Counted from the first letter of the stretch, positions 23,432-34,555 are shown. The stretch is 64,000 nucleotides of DNA from an uncultured Hormoscilla sp. (GCA_963921275.4 OZ001293.3:2656001-2720000); one strand, 5' to 3'. Numbers and translations: made by a program. The notes: a model not told the origin generated them from the letters alone.

Positions 23432-24094
23432 CTATGGCATAATTGGGGCACTCACAAGATCGCTCCAGGGCCCTGGCTTTCCTTTCGGGTTGACCCAGCG
23501 CAACCGGTAGTAGGCAATTTTGCGCGCATCTTCGCTATCAAATTTCGATATATAGGGAGTGCGGGTATCGAGGCCGAAAAATCTCAACTCATCTGTATTC
23601 GTCGGCGGTGCGTCCCCGATCTTCACCCAAACTTCTGCCCCCATGACACCAGCAGGTTTAGCCCGACGGTTAGGAGTGGTTTCGTCGAAGAAACGCAGCG
23701 TGTGACTCAAGGGTTTGCTGAGGGCGATAATCACGATAGGGCGCGTTGTGGGGGCGCTAATGGCAGTGCGGTGGCTTTCGGGGACGGTGATACCCAGGGC
23801 GGCACGGTGAGCGTTAGTAATGGTATCGCTAGCTTGCAGTTTGCGGACTTGGCGGCGGATCTCCTTTTCCCAGGCTTGGCGGTCTTCGTCTTTTTGCTGA
23901 CGCGCGCTTTGGGCCGCTGCTTGGGCGTTAAGATGGACTTCGTAGGAGGTTTCCCAGCCAGATTGAGTAGCGATGAGGGTGGTAATATCCTCGTTGCTGA
24001 CCTTAAGTTCGTCTTTATTAGTTTGCAAGTAGCTTCCGAAATTTATTTGCCAGTTATTGAAATCATTGTCAGAAGAAGGAATGTAGTCGGCCAT
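23432..24094 (-). CDS. Hypothetical protein, helical N-terminus and FN3-like C-terminus
   Basis: MADYIP..D.DF..W, LGITVP, KPAGV.GAEVW, YYRLRWVN..G..GPWS. Confidence 0.75.
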   Translation of the reverse strand: MADYIPSSDNDFNNWQINFGSYLQTNKDELKVSNEDITTLIATQSGWETSYEVHLNAQAAAQSARQQKDEDRQAWEKEIRRQVRKLQASDTITNAHRAALGITVPESHRTAISAPTTRPIVIIALSKPLSHTLRFFDETTPNRRAKPAGVMGAEVWVKIGDAPPTNTDELRFFGLDTRTPYISKFDSEDARKIAYYRLRWVNPKGKPGPWSDLVSAPIMP

Positions 24095-24164
24095 TGAGAT
24101 ATCCTGTTCGCGATTAATTTTGTAAAAGTACTGACCCTGATGCCAAGCCGTTGCTCTGGCGGGA

Positions 24165-24455
24165 CAAAATGTCGTCTCCAAAGGGCTTTCTCGCTTTTAG
24201 GCTTCGATGTCTCCGGAGAGTTCGATGTCTTTTGGGGCGAGATGTATCCTGGGAGCGCTAACCACACTACCCAGTATACCGCTCGCGTGTCTAATCGCAC
24301 TACCTCTCTGATCGTGGCGCTAGGACGATGTCTCTACCGGTAGTGCAACTACGATGTCTCGGGGGTTTCTCCGTGCGTCCGGGAGACGTCGAGTTCCCCC
24401 GAGACATCGAACTCCCCCGAGACATCGAACTTTCCCGGGGACACTCAGCGCGCAG
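24165..24455. repeat. Nest of hairpin micro-elements (CGATGTC...GACATCG; GCGCTA...CACTAC)
   Basis: Multiple interleaved arms and loop motifs. Confidence 0.75.
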
Positions 24456-24509
24456 ATCACGTCGAAGCCAAAGCGATGGCCCCTTAAGGATAGATATATT
24501 CTATCATGG

Positions 24510-24656
24510 AATAACTCAGTCATGCCTCTCTGTGACTGAGTTATTTTCTGGAGTGACTGAGTTATTCCTTGGAGTAATTGTTCAGTTCCTGAGGTGACCG
24601 TTTATTTCCTGGAGTAACTGAGTTATGCCACCGAGTACGAGAGTCATGCCCTGACG
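24510..24656. repeat. Degenerate 21-bp tandem repeat, about 7 copies (GTGACTGAGTTATTYYCTGGA)
   Basis: 21-nt periodicity read directly. Confidence 0.7.
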
Positions 24657-25045
24657 GCACAGATCTTTACCAAGGGTGAGATTCCTCACTCTCAGGCCGG
24701 AACAGTGCGAGTGCCGTGGCCAAGCCAGCCCCCAGCCCCCCAAAGCTTAGATGCGCCCAATCTTACCTTTGACCATATCCACGATCACATCGCCGCCCTG
24801 ACAGCTACTACTCCCGCAAATCATGGTAATGATATCACAAATGAAGCCAATAAACAATCGCGTTTGTAAAGTTTTGTAAAATTAGGTTAAAAGATTGTTC
24901 GGGAGAGATAGAGGGCATTATAATGGGAAAGAGTTGCGGGAAAATTTCCAAGTGGGTAAGTTCAGTTTCAATTTCCTAAACTTATGCCCACGGCGGTAGC
25001 GAAAAGCTAGGCTAGAATGAAGCAGAACTTAGAAGCATTGCAGCT

Positions 25046-25996
25046 ATGGCACGAGAACTGGCAATTTGCACCCGCGGACTCACTAAACAGTTCGATCGCC
25101 ACATTGCGGTCAACGATATGGACTTGGAAGTGGAAATGGGTGAGGTCTACGGCTTGATTGGACCCAATGGGGCGGGTAAAACTACCCTGATCCGCATGTT
25201 GGCAACTGCTGAAGACCCCACGACGGGGGAAATCTATATAAATGGCGATCGCCTGCTACGGGACCAAAGCAATCCGACTCTTAAGCGTCGCCTGGGCTAT
25301 CTCCCGGATGACTTTCCTCTATACGACGATCTCACGGTTTGGGACTACCTGGAATATTTTGCCCGTCTCTACCAACTGCGAGACCCCCGTCGCACTCAAC
25401 GGCTATATGAAGTTCTGGAACTGGTGCAGCTGACTAACAAACACCATAGCCCGATCGCGAGCCTCTCCCGGGGAATGAAACAGCGGCTTTCTCTGGCGAG
25501 AACCATTATCCACGAACCAATTCTGCTACTGCTAGATGAACCGGTCTCAGGCTTGGACCCGATCGCCCGGATGCAGTTTCGGGAAATCATCAAAACATTG
25601 CAGTCAGCGGGAATGACTATTCTGATTTCCTCTCACGTGCTCAGCGACTTGGCAGAACTCTGTACCTCTGTGGGTATAATGGAATTAGGTTTTCTGGTGG
25701 AAAGTGCATCACTCAAAGACCTTTACCAGCGTCTCAGCCGCCAGCAAATCCTCATGTCTACCCTAGAAAATACGGACGGCCTACTTGCGGAACTAAAAAA
25801 TCATCCGCAGGTTCAAGGGTGGGAACTGCTGCCTTCATATGGTCAAGTGCGGGTTGATTTTGCTGGAGATCGGGAAGAATGTGCGACGTTATTACGCGCG
25901 ATAGTTGCTGCTGGCATTCCCCTGACGGAATTCCACTGCACTCAAGAAGATTTGGAAACGATATTCCTGAAATTAGACCACAAACAAGCATCCTAG
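25046..25996 (+). CDS. ABC transporter ATP-binding protein (ABC-2 type)
   Basis: GPNGAGKT, LSRGMKQR, LLLDEP, SSH. Confidence 0.95.
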   Translation: MARELAICTRGLTKQFDRHIAVNDMDLEVEMGEVYGLIGPNGAGKTTLIRMLATAEDPTTGEIYINGDRLLRDQSNPTLKRRLGYLPDDFPLYDDLTVWDYLEYFARLYQLRDPRRTQRLYEVLELVQLTNKHHSPIASLSRGMKQRLSLARTIIHEPILLLLDEPVSGLDPIARMQFREIIKTLQSAGMTILISSHVLSDLAELCTSVGIMELGFLVESASLKDLYQRLSRQQILMSTLENTDGLLAELKNHPQVQGWELLPSYGQVRVDFAGDREECATLLRAIVAAGIPLTEFHCTQEDLETIFLKLDHKQAS

Positions 25997-26041
25997 TGTC
26001 AGGGAGCACTGGTACCACCAGTTATAAAGGATACAGGAAAA

Positions 26042-27739
26042 ATGACAATGAATTTGATTAACCAGTTGGGGGAATGGAATCCCCAGTTGTTCCGAGAAGT
26101 AAAAGGCAGGCTGAAAAGTCGTAATGGCGCGATCGCCCTGGGAGTTTCGGTTTTTAGCCAGTTGCTATTAGTCTTGGTTTTTGTGGAAAAACTGCCGGGT
26201 CGGGAAATCCAGCGTTCCGGAAAAATCGGACATAGATACTGCACGGGCGGTGTGGAGGCATTATCTGATTATGTGAAGTACCACCAATGCCTCATGGATG
26301 CCTTCGGCAATCCGGATATAAACTGGCAGTTGTGGTGGACAGATATCTTTATCTGGATGAGCGCGATCGGCATCTTCACTATGTTAATAGTGGGGACATA
26401 TATGCTGATCGGCGACCTGGACCAGGAAGAACGTCGCGGCACCTTGAACTTCATTCGCCTCAGTCCCCAGTCTACTCAAAGTATTTTGACTGGTAAACTG
26501 CTAGGGGTGCCGATTTGGCTCTATGTTGCCAGTATCCTGGCCATGCCATTGCATCTGTGGTCGGGAGTCGCGGCGCAGGTTCCTTTGAGTCTGATTTTTA
26601 CCTTCTACGGGGTAACTTTTGCCAGTTGCGTTTTCTTCTACAGTGCCGCGCTGCTGTTTGGTTTAGTCAATTCCTGGATGGGAGGGCTTCAAGCTTGGTT
26701 GGCCAGTGGGATGCTGCTCTTTTTTTTGACGGGCACAACTGCTATGCGGATTCCGGAAAACCCAATGGATCTGCTGAATTTACTTTCTCCCTCTACTCTG
26801 CTGGTCTATCTGGTTCCCGACCAGTTTGCAGAATATGTGGAGATTTTTGGTTACAGTGCTGAGACTCTACTGTCTGATTTACATGATTGGCTGTGGTTTC
26901 ACTTGCATATCGGTGCCAGTTCGGTTACGATCGCAGGGTTTATGGTGTTAAATTACGGCCTGTGGACAATCTGGATTTGGCAAGCCCTGAACCGTCGTTT
27001 CCACAATCCTAATAGTACCACCCTGAGTAAGGCCCATAGCTATTGGTTAGTGGGGGGCTTGGAAGTTTTGATGGTGGGATTTGCCCCCCTGTACGGTTCA
27101 CATAATGACTTTTCCGCAAGCTTGAGTTTATTACTGTTAGGGAATCTGTGGCTGTTTGCTGGTTTAATCGCAGCATTGTCACCCGGACGGCAAGCTTGTA
27201 TTGATTGGGCCCGTTACCGACATCAGTCAGGCGATCGCCGCAAGCATCTTTGGCAAGATTTGATGTGGGGTGAGAAAAGTCCGGCGGTAGTGGCGATCGC
27301 CCTTAACTTGCTCGAAGCTCATCTCATCCTATTACCCTGGGTTCTCCTGCACCAAAACTTAGACTACAAAATAGAGGCGATCGGTTATCTGCTTTTGAGC
27401 ATGTCTATCCTGATGCTATACGCTTCGATCGCCCAGCTGATGTTATTAATGAAAACGCAGAAACCGGGGCTGTGGGCAGCTAGCACCGTAGGGGCAGCAA
27501 TTTGCTTGCCACCATTTATGTTAGCGGTGCTGTCCATTTCCCCAGGAGAAAATAATCTGCTGTGGATGCTTACAGCCTTTCCCTGGGCGGCCTTTAAGTA
27601 CGCATCAGCCATGACAGTCGTTGTCTCCTTCGTCGGACAGTTAGGCGTCGCAGGCATGTTAAACTGGCAATTGACGCGGCAGCTTCGACTTGCTGGAGCA
27701 TCAGCATCCAAATCCCTCTCCCTAAAGCCCCAACCCTAA
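26042..27739 (+). CDS. ABC-2 type permease-like membrane protein
   Basis: WNPQLFRE.K, EERRGTLNFIRLSPQ, many TM segments. Confidence 0.85.
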   Translation: MTMNLINQLGEWNPQLFREVKGRLKSRNGAIALGVSVFSQLLLVLVFVEKLPGREIQRSGKIGHRYCTGGVEALSDYVKYHQCLMDAFGNPDINWQLWWTDIFIWMSAIGIFTMLIVGTYMLIGDLDQEERRGTLNFIRLSPQSTQSILTGKLLGVPIWLYVASILAMPLHLWSGVAAQVPLSLIFTFYGVTFASCVFFYSAALLFGLVNSWMGGLQAWLASGMLLFFLTGTTAMRIPENPMDLLNLLSPSTLLVYLVPDQFAEYVEIFGYSAETLLSDLHDWLWFHLHIGASSVTIAGFMVLNYGLWTIWIWQALNRRFHNPNSTTLSKAHSYWLVGGLEVLMVGFAPLYGSHNDFSASLSLLLLGNLWLFAGLIAALSPGRQACIDWARYRHQSGDRRKHLWQDLMWGEKSPAVVAIALNLLEAHLILLPWVLLHQNLDYKIEAIGYLLLSMSILMLYASIAQLMLLMKTQKPGLWAASTVGAAICLPPFMLAVLSISPGENNLLWMLTAFPWAAFKYASAMTVVVSFVGQLGVAGMLNWQLTRQLRLAGASASKSLSLKPQP

Positions 27740-27810
27740 AGGGTAGGGCTACAAGAACAAAGCCCGCCTGCGCGGGCTAGCTTCTCTGTAGGGTGGGCGG
27801 TGCCCACCGC
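27732..27810. repeat. REP-like element CCCTAAAGGG..GGCTAC...AAAGCCCGCCTGCGCGGGCT
   Basis: Also at 41471-41516, reversed at 12770-12815, degenerate at 52814-52850. Confidence 0.75.
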
Positions 27811-27871
27811 CTCTCTTTTCCTTCACAGAGTCAGAAAACGAGAGTACAAATATCAATTGAGGAAAGCGGTT

Positions 27872-29413
27872 ATGAACATACTTGTGCTAAATCAAATGAG
27901 CGAGTGGAATGCCCAGTTTTTTCGAGAAATCAAAGGGCGGCTCAAAACTCGATCGGTGATGATTGCAGTTTTGACATCTCTGCTGGGTCAAGCTATGTTA
28001 ATGATGGTTTGTTCCCAAAGCAAATGTCTCAGATATGCTGCTGACAGATCTTGTGCCCTGTATGACTGGCAGTTCCAGTGGTCGATCGCCTTCAGGTTTC
28101 TGGACTGGTGCCTACCCTTCATCCTGCTAGTTTGCGGTGTCTATCTGCTGATCGGAGATTTGGCGAAAGAGAGACGTCGCGGCACCCTGAATTTTATTCG
28201 TTTAAGTCCCCAGTCCAGCCAGAGCATTTTCCTAGGCAAACTGCTAGGAGTGCCTGTATTGGTGTATTTAGGAGTTGCTCTCGCAATTCCCTTGCACTTG
28301 GTGTCTGGCTTAGGATCTGGAAGGTCATTGATTGGGATTTTAGCTATCTATAGCCTTTGGACGGCTGGTTGTTGTCTGTTTTATACAACCGCTCTCCTGC
28401 TGACTTTCCTGGGTAATGCTGAATGGGGAGAACAATCTCCTGCTGGGGGTGGTGGCTTCTTGGCGAGTGTCCTGGCAATGCCTTACATCAGTCTAATTTA
28501 TGGTAGCTGGGATTTGTACAGTTCCAAATATCCCCCCGATTGGAAATGGTTCTTTTTGCCAATTGGCTCGGTGCCAATATTTGCCTATGGCTTGGCAATG
28601 GTGACCTTGGGAACGGCAAGTTACTGGATTTGGCAAGCCTTGAATCGTCGTTACCAGAATCCTAACAGTACCCTCTTGAGCAAACAGCAGAGTTATTGGC
28701 TAACGGCTAGCTTTCAAATTTTGCTTTTGGGGTTCTTTTGGCGAGAAATATCGGCCCATGCTGGCGTTCTCTACGGCCAGCTATTATTTGTCAGCATTGT
28801 GAATTTATTCGGGTTTTTGGCTCTAATAATGGCGCTTTCGCCTCACCGCCAAGCTTGCCTTGATTGGGCCCGTTATCGGCATCAGCAAGAGTATCGTCGT
28901 CCGCGTAGCGTGCGCGCAGCGCATTCTTTGCTACAGGATCTGATCTGGGGTGAAAAAAGTCCAGCCGTTCTGGCGATCGCGGTCAATATCGCCCTTACTG
29001 CTGCGATCTGGATGCCTTGGGTGCTGTTGTGGCCTGAAGGTGAGGAAAAGATGGCAGCAGTTGCGGGGATGTTGATCTGTGCTAATTTGATCTTGATTTA
29101 TGGGGCGATCGCGCAGTTAGTGCTATTGAGCAAATTACCGAAGCGGGCATCTCTCGCAACTAGCACGGTTTTCGCTAGTGTAGTATTACCACTTATTATT
29201 GCGGGCTCCTTGATGGAGAAAATAACTCCTATGTTCTTGATGTTTGCAGTTTTTTGCAGCGCATTTTGGGCTATAGGAGAAGCATCCGCGATCGGGATTT
29301 TGATGGCAATCTTGGGTCAATGGAGTATCCTGGGATTGTTGAACTTCCAACTGACGCGCCAGTTAAGAAAATTTGGAGAATCTCATTCCCAAGCGCTTCT
29401 CGCTGGAGGTTAA
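27872..29413 (+). CDS. ABC-2 type permease-like protein, paralog of the upstream gene
   Basis: Same motifs (GTLNFIRLSPQ, WGEKSPA); 21-nt in-frame insert at 28903-28923. Confidence 0.85.
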   Translation: MNILVLNQMSEWNAQFFREIKGRLKTRSVMIAVLTSLLGQAMLMMVCSQSKCLRYAADRSCALYDWQFQWSIAFRFLDWCLPFILLVCGVYLLIGDLAKERRRGTLNFIRLSPQSSQSIFLGKLLGVPVLVYLGVALAIPLHLVSGLGSGRSLIGILAIYSLWTAGCCLFYTTALLLTFLGNAEWGEQSPAGGGGFLASVLAMPYISLIYGSWDLYSSKYPPDWKWFFLPIGSVPIFAYGLAMVTLGTASYWIWQALNRRYQNPNSTLLSKQQSYWLTASFQILLLGFFWREISAHAGVLYGQLLFVSIVNLFGFLALIMALSPHRQACLDWARYRHQQEYRRPRSVRAAHSLLQDLIWGEKSPAVLAIAVNIALTAAIWMPWVLLWPEGEEKMAAVAGMLICANLILIYGAIAQLVLLSKLPKRASLATSTVFASVVLPLIIAGSLMEKITPMFLMFAVFCSAFWAIGEASAIGILMAILGQWSILGLLNFQLTRQLRKFGESHSQALLAGG

Positions 29414-29703
29414 GTTTGGTCTGGTTGTGAAAGTAGGGTGAGCACCTTTGTTAATGCACTAGCGACAAGATGCTGCAAATGAATGCATCTCAATCTCTCT
29501 CGCCCTTTACAAAAGTTTACATGGGGCCCCAGATATCTCTTTCGTTGGCTATAATCAGCAGAAAGTCTCGCTATTGAAGAGTAAGTGGAAGGCCAAATGC
29601 TAGATATCTCTTTCGTTGGCTATAATCAGGATAAGGTCTCGCTATTGAACGGCAATCTGGGCAGGCGATCGCCTGCTGCTTGTAGTATAAGGAGAAAATC
29701 ACC

Positions 29704-29967
29704 ATGCAGATCGCGATCAAACTTCCCTCGGACATAGTAAATCAACTACAATATGTCAACATTTCCCGCCGAATTTTAGAACTAATCGCAGCCGATCGCT
29801 ATCGGCAAGGTCATATTGGAGCTGCCGAAGTCCGGCGAATGCTCAATTTTTTCTCTCGTTGGGAAACTTATGAATTTCTTAAGCGTGAAAAAGTATACTT
29901 GCCATATACTGAAGAGGATTTAGAGCAGGATTCAGAAGCGATTCGCAACCTTTTAGGCACCGAATGA
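29704..29967 (+). CDS. UPF0175 family antitoxin
   Basis: LELIA...Y....I, SRWE...FL, Y.EEDLEQD. Confidence 0.8.
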   Translation: MQIAIKLPSDIVNQLQYVNISRRILELIAADRYRQGHIGAAEVRRMLNFFSRWETYEFLKREKVYLPYTEEDLEQDSEAIRNLLGTE

Positions 29968-30035
29968 TTATTGTATCCAACACTTCCCCTATTAACCACT
30001 TGATTTTGATTGGGAACATCCACTTGTTACCTGAA
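29964..30035 (+). pseudogene. 5' stub of DUF3368 PIN toxin
   Basis: MIIVSNTSPINHLILIGNIHLLPE overlapping the antitoxin stop, then lost. Confidence 0.75.
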
Positions 30036-30060
30036 CCCACTCTACTTGAGGAGATGTATT

Positions 30061-32382
30061 ATGACTAATGCTTTACCGGGAAAAAGAGAATTTTGGGGTA
30101 ATTTAGTCCAAGGTGTTAAGGCGATGGCGATATTGGCGCCGCGAACTTACATGACGGATGAAAATACGAAAACTGAATACCTCCGAGTCAAGGATTGCGA
30201 AAAGATCGAAAAGTTCTGCACGCAGATGAAGCAAGTAGAAATGCAGTTGCAGGTGTTGCAGCAGGAGAAAAACCTAGCGTTTCCAGCGGAACAAGGGGAG
30301 TTGAACCGCCAACTGCAAGGGGAACTCGCCCGACTCAACGACTTTCAAGCGGAACAAGAAGAGTTGAAGCGCCAATTGCAAGAAAAATACACCCCGCAAA
30401 AATACACCTACGGCGGCTATAAGCGAGATGAGGATGAGGATGAGTATTCATGGGAAGTAGGAATATTAAACCGCCAACTGCAAGAGGAACTCGCCCGACT
30501 TACCCGCGACTTTCAAGCTAACGAAGGTAAACTCAACCGCCAACACGCCCTTCAGATAGAACTTTTTCAGGAAAACTTGCAACAATCTCTGATCGCGCAA
30601 CAGAAGCAATTCTAATTAGAATGGAAACAAATGGATGCGGAACTGTACCTGGAACTGAGGAAAGGATACAGAAGAAGATATGAACCGAATAGTTCACCCC
30701 TTTGGTTATCTGCGGTAAATTTAATTGATGCCGATGCCGATACAAGAGACAGTTTTATGCTGGTATTACCCTCGCCTCCCGCCTTGCCTCACGACAGATC
30801 AAAAGCGGCGGGGGGGACGCGAGGGTTCCCAGAAATGGAGCGATTTTTGGGAAAAAGTTTGCGCAGTTTCTTTGAAAAGTATACTCAGAATGGGAGACAG
30901 ATCTGGTTTCTCGCGGGCGCTTGGAGGAGTAAAGGATTCCATAGCGAAGCTGCAACCAACGCGATTTTCTAAGACTTGTGTTCAGAACCGGTTCTGATTT
31001 TAGAGTCAGCAGTAGAAGGGGGAGATTTTAATTTAAATTTTGGTTACTGGGTAAATTGGCTGGACTATCGCTACGAAACAGCCATTTCTTTTCCTTGGCA
31101 AGAGGTGCTTTACGAGTTTGCGAAGATGCGGACTTGGCGTTGGAAGCAAAAGCGAGACGACTATATTGCCGCTGGCAAAGATCAAAGAAAATTTGACAAG
31201 CGCTATGGCCAGGAAGGCGTTGCCGGGTTTATGAAAAACCTAGAAATTATTGAATTAGAACGGGAATGTCTGGAGGAAGGAGAGGATCTGACGGAAATAG
31301 AACGACCTTACAGCGTTCATCAAAAGGATTACCAGAAATTGCAAGAGTTCATTGCCAACTGTCACTGCTTGTTTGCGGGGTTGCTGGCGGATGAATATTT
31401 CCTGCTGCACGTTCCCATTAATGACAGAAAACCGCCTTTGTTGCCGCAGTTACTCGCCGACTTGATCGAGGGAATGCCAGAACAGGAGTTGCAAAATCTG
31501 GTAGAATTGGTGGTAGCCTTCTACGAAACTCTCTATCAGGGGATCGGGGAGTTGGAGTCGGGTTGGGTTCCGGAACTGAAGTTGGATCTGGCGGCAAGTT
31601 TGCAGCACTTACCCCAGCAGTTTGGGGCGAAGCAACAGGTAGACGCATCGATGCAAGCGTGGTTGCAAAGGCGAGGAATGACTCCGGATGGGGATCTGTT
31701 GGCGCAGGTGGAGTCGGCGTTGACTGTTGCGGACCGGGAATATGTGGAGAAACTGAATCAATGTTTGCTATTCTTGGGTGAGGAACGTCAACTGAATGTG
31801 GCGAAGGCTTGCTACGATCGGGGGATACAGCGCTGCACCCGGGAAGAGTACGTGACAGCAATTGCCGATTTCGACCAGGTAATCGCACTCGAACACGAGT
31901 TGGTAGAAGCATATTACAATCGCGGGCTGGCTCGTGCTAAGGTAGAACGGCACGAAGAGGCAATTCAAGATTATACGGAAGTGTTGCAACTTCAGCCCAG
32001 TCGCGCCCAGGCTTATAATAATCGCGGCAATGCCTTTTATGAGTTGGGAAATTATGAGGAGGCGATCGCGGATTACGATAAAGCTGTAGAACTAGGTTTC
32101 TCCTCTGCTGAGAAAAACCGCGCGATCGCCCGAGCCGTGTTAGCAGAAGTCGAACGTAAAAAGCGGGAAGAGGAGGAACGCCGTCAACGGGAAGTAGAAG
32201 CGCGTCGCCAGCAGGAAGAAGAGGAACGTAAAAAGCGGGAAGTAGAAGCGCGTCGCCAGCAGGAAGAAGAGGAACGTAAAAAGCGGGAAGCAGAAGCGCG
32301 TCGCCAGCAGGAAGAAGAGGAACGTAAAAAGCGGGAACGTCGATCATATGGTGCATACTATGACCCGTTTAACTTGCTGTAA
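30061..32382 (+). pseudogene. Coiled-coil/TPR protein gene split by stops near 30615 and 30972
   Basis: Consecutive in-frame ORFs separated by stops; AYYNRG/AYNNRG TPRs; 60-bp repeat tail. Confidence 0.7.
32151..32340 (+). repeat. 60-bp coding tandem repeat (EARRQQEEEERKKRE)
   Basis: Read directly from the sequence. Confidence 0.7.
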
Positions 32383-32616
32383 CCCATCGCCGCCGAACCC
32401 CGGATCCGAGGCGGGCCCCGATCGGCAATATTATAGATATGCTGACGCTGTGGTCCGACAGGATGGGATTGAGCTGGGGGCACGGGCTTCGCTACCCGAT
32501 GTTACAGGTGTTGACAGTACCGAGAAAATAGGTTAAAGTTAGGGAATCCGCCGTGAGAGTAACCGATGGACAGACCGATTTATTGACCGGACAAGATTGA
32601 ATAGAGAACAAGAATT

Positions 32617-32889
32617 ATGGACTATGCCTTTGACTGGAAGCCCGAACAAGCTTTACTGGAGAAATTGCTCGCCTTAGCACGTCAACGAGGTCAATCTCCC
32701 GAAGCCATTGTCACTGAAATAGTAAAGATATATCTAGAAAGGCAACCGCTAGCAATAGGTGATATGGGCTCAGACCCGTTGGTAGGAATGTTTGCTGGTT
32801 CACCGGATTTAGCAACTAAATCAGAAAGGATATTACAAGAAGAAATTAGGGAGAAGTCTGGCTGGACATGGAAGGAAACCCAGTTATAG
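32617..32889 (+). CDS. Antitoxin (CopG/RHH-like)
   Basis: LA..RG.SPE, DPLVG.F.GSPDLA; overlaps PIN gene. Confidence 0.75.
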   Translation: MDYAFDWKPEQALLEKLLALARQRGQSPEAIVTEIVKIYLERQPLAIGDMGSDPLVGMFAGSPDLATKSERILQEEIREKSGWTWKETQL

Positions 32890-33287
32890 GTGACAGTGGT
32901 TTTGTTGTGGCATTGCTAAATCAAACAGACTCGTGGCATAGCGAGGTGGCACGGGTTTATGCCCAGCAACAGCAGATATTGTTACCACAAACAGTACTGA
33001 CTGAAGTTGCCTATTTAATAGGTCGTGATGCCGGAGTTGCTACTGTAGTAGCTTTTTTGCGAGGATTGCCAGAGAGTCGCTTTCACCTGGTGGAGTTAAC
33101 AGACTCCGATGTGAGGCGTGTGGCTGAAATTCTCGATGTTTATGCAGATAGTCGAATTGACTTTGTCGATGCAACGGTTATGGCTGTGGCTGAACGCTAT
33201 GGTAGTACCAAGATATTGACTTTGAATCGACGGGATTTTAGATTATTTAGACCCCGGCATTGCGATAGTTTTGAGCTCTTGCCATGA
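32868..33287 (+). CDS. vapC: PIN-domain (VapC) toxin
   Basis: DSGF.VAL...D..H, VLTEV, DFVDA, ILTLNRRDF (N where D is usual). Confidence 0.85.
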   Translation: MEGNPVIGDSGFVVALLNQTDSWHSEVARVYAQQQQILLPQTVLTEVAYLIGRDAGVATVVAFLRGLPESRFHLVELTDSDVRRVAEILDVYADSRIDFVDATVMAVAERYGSTKILTLNRRDFRLFRPRHCDSFELLP

Positions 33288-33495
33288 GGGCGATCGGCAT
33301 GTTACCTTGTGCCCCGACACCAATGGGATCTCCAATATTATTTCAGGGCACGGCATTATAGCATTGTCAAAACCAACTTTTATGTAGCTCTAGGTTGGGT
33401 TTCGTGCCTCAACCCAACCTACAATGATAGTGCCGATGTGTGGCCGATCGCACTTTTGACTATGAACAACCCAACCATTATGTCGCTCAATTCTG

Positions 33496-33963
33496 TTATA
33501 AATCCGATGGAATAATCGCATCGATCGCTTCAGTCCGATTTTTCCGGTAAATGCGAAAATCCCGATCTAATGTTAACACTGTACTGCCTGCGATAGACTG
33601 TATCCCTCGGGAGCGCTATTCGCACTACTCGGGGGATACAGCTCACTCATTCGCACCAAACAAGCATCTGCAAAACCACATGGGCACAGATTTGTATTTT
33701 TGCATCAACTCTCTCACGGCGGTCACTTCATCGCTGAAACTAAAAAGAATCTCAATATAACCGTTACTCACTAAACCCATGACTGCATCCTCTCCCCCAT
33801 AAACATTTTTCAGGAGAAAACACGCTTCACTAATAACAGCTTCGCACGTTAACACCGGTTTGGCAATATTTCCCCATTGATTTACTGCCCAATCATGGTA
33901 GCGATCTCTTTTATCTAAAACCGCTACCAACACTCCTGTATCTAGGATAACTTTTCCGATCAT
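33496..33963 (-). pseudogene. PIN toxin, frameshifted, carrying a hairpin insert at 33598-33641
   Basis: VILDTGVLVA; ADACLVRMSE and VLTLDRDFRIYRK lie in other frames. Confidence 0.85.
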
Positions 33964-34222
33964 ATCGCCTTATATCCTTTCTTTAGCTCCTGTTTTTCCA
34001 TAGACAGATCGCCTACGCCGCTATCTAAACAACCGATAAACTCCTTTGCTACTTCCAGCATCGATCGGGACTTCTCCTTCATCTTCTACAGTTTCCCTAA
34101 TTTCCTGCTTTTGCGTCTTAAACTGCAAAAATTAAATTATTACCAGAACCGACTGCTGCTGTTGAGTGGTCAAGGTTTGCTTGTTCTAAAATCCTTTGTT
34201 CCTTGCTAACTGCTTGTATCAT
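33960..34222 (-). pseudogene. Degraded antitoxin
   Basis: S.LEVAKEFIGCLDSGVGDLS...LKGY remnant directly upstream of the PIN gene. Confidence 0.6.
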
Positions 34223-34290
34223 CTTTTTCCTTCAGTTACACTCTTACTCCCACTCCAATAGCTTAGCATACTTTGGCGCAACACGATCGC

Positions 34291-34395
34291 CCTTTTATTC
34301 AAACTCTGATGCCCACACATCAACAGCAGAGAATTCCCACCCCGGCAGTAACTCGGGCACCTCTAAAACATCTGCATCTCCTAGCACTATCGTCA
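34291..34395 (-). pseudogene. Uma2 C-terminal remnant
   Basis: LGDADVLEVPELLPGWEF....W tail. Confidence 0.6.
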
Positions 34396-34555
34396 ATGTT
34401 ACATATCATTACAAGTAATACCGAGATGGCGATTTGAAAATTTCGCCCCATCGCACAAGGGAGTATCGAAACGCGATTTATGCTGTATAATGGTATGCAG
34501 TTGAAAGGTTAATGAGTTAAAGTCAGTCAAAGGCAAATGGCGCAGGTGTGAAGTA

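Noticed and set aside
22969..25141. DGR template/variable repeat pair
   Set aside because: Differences include indels and are not adenine-specific; no RT gene in the window
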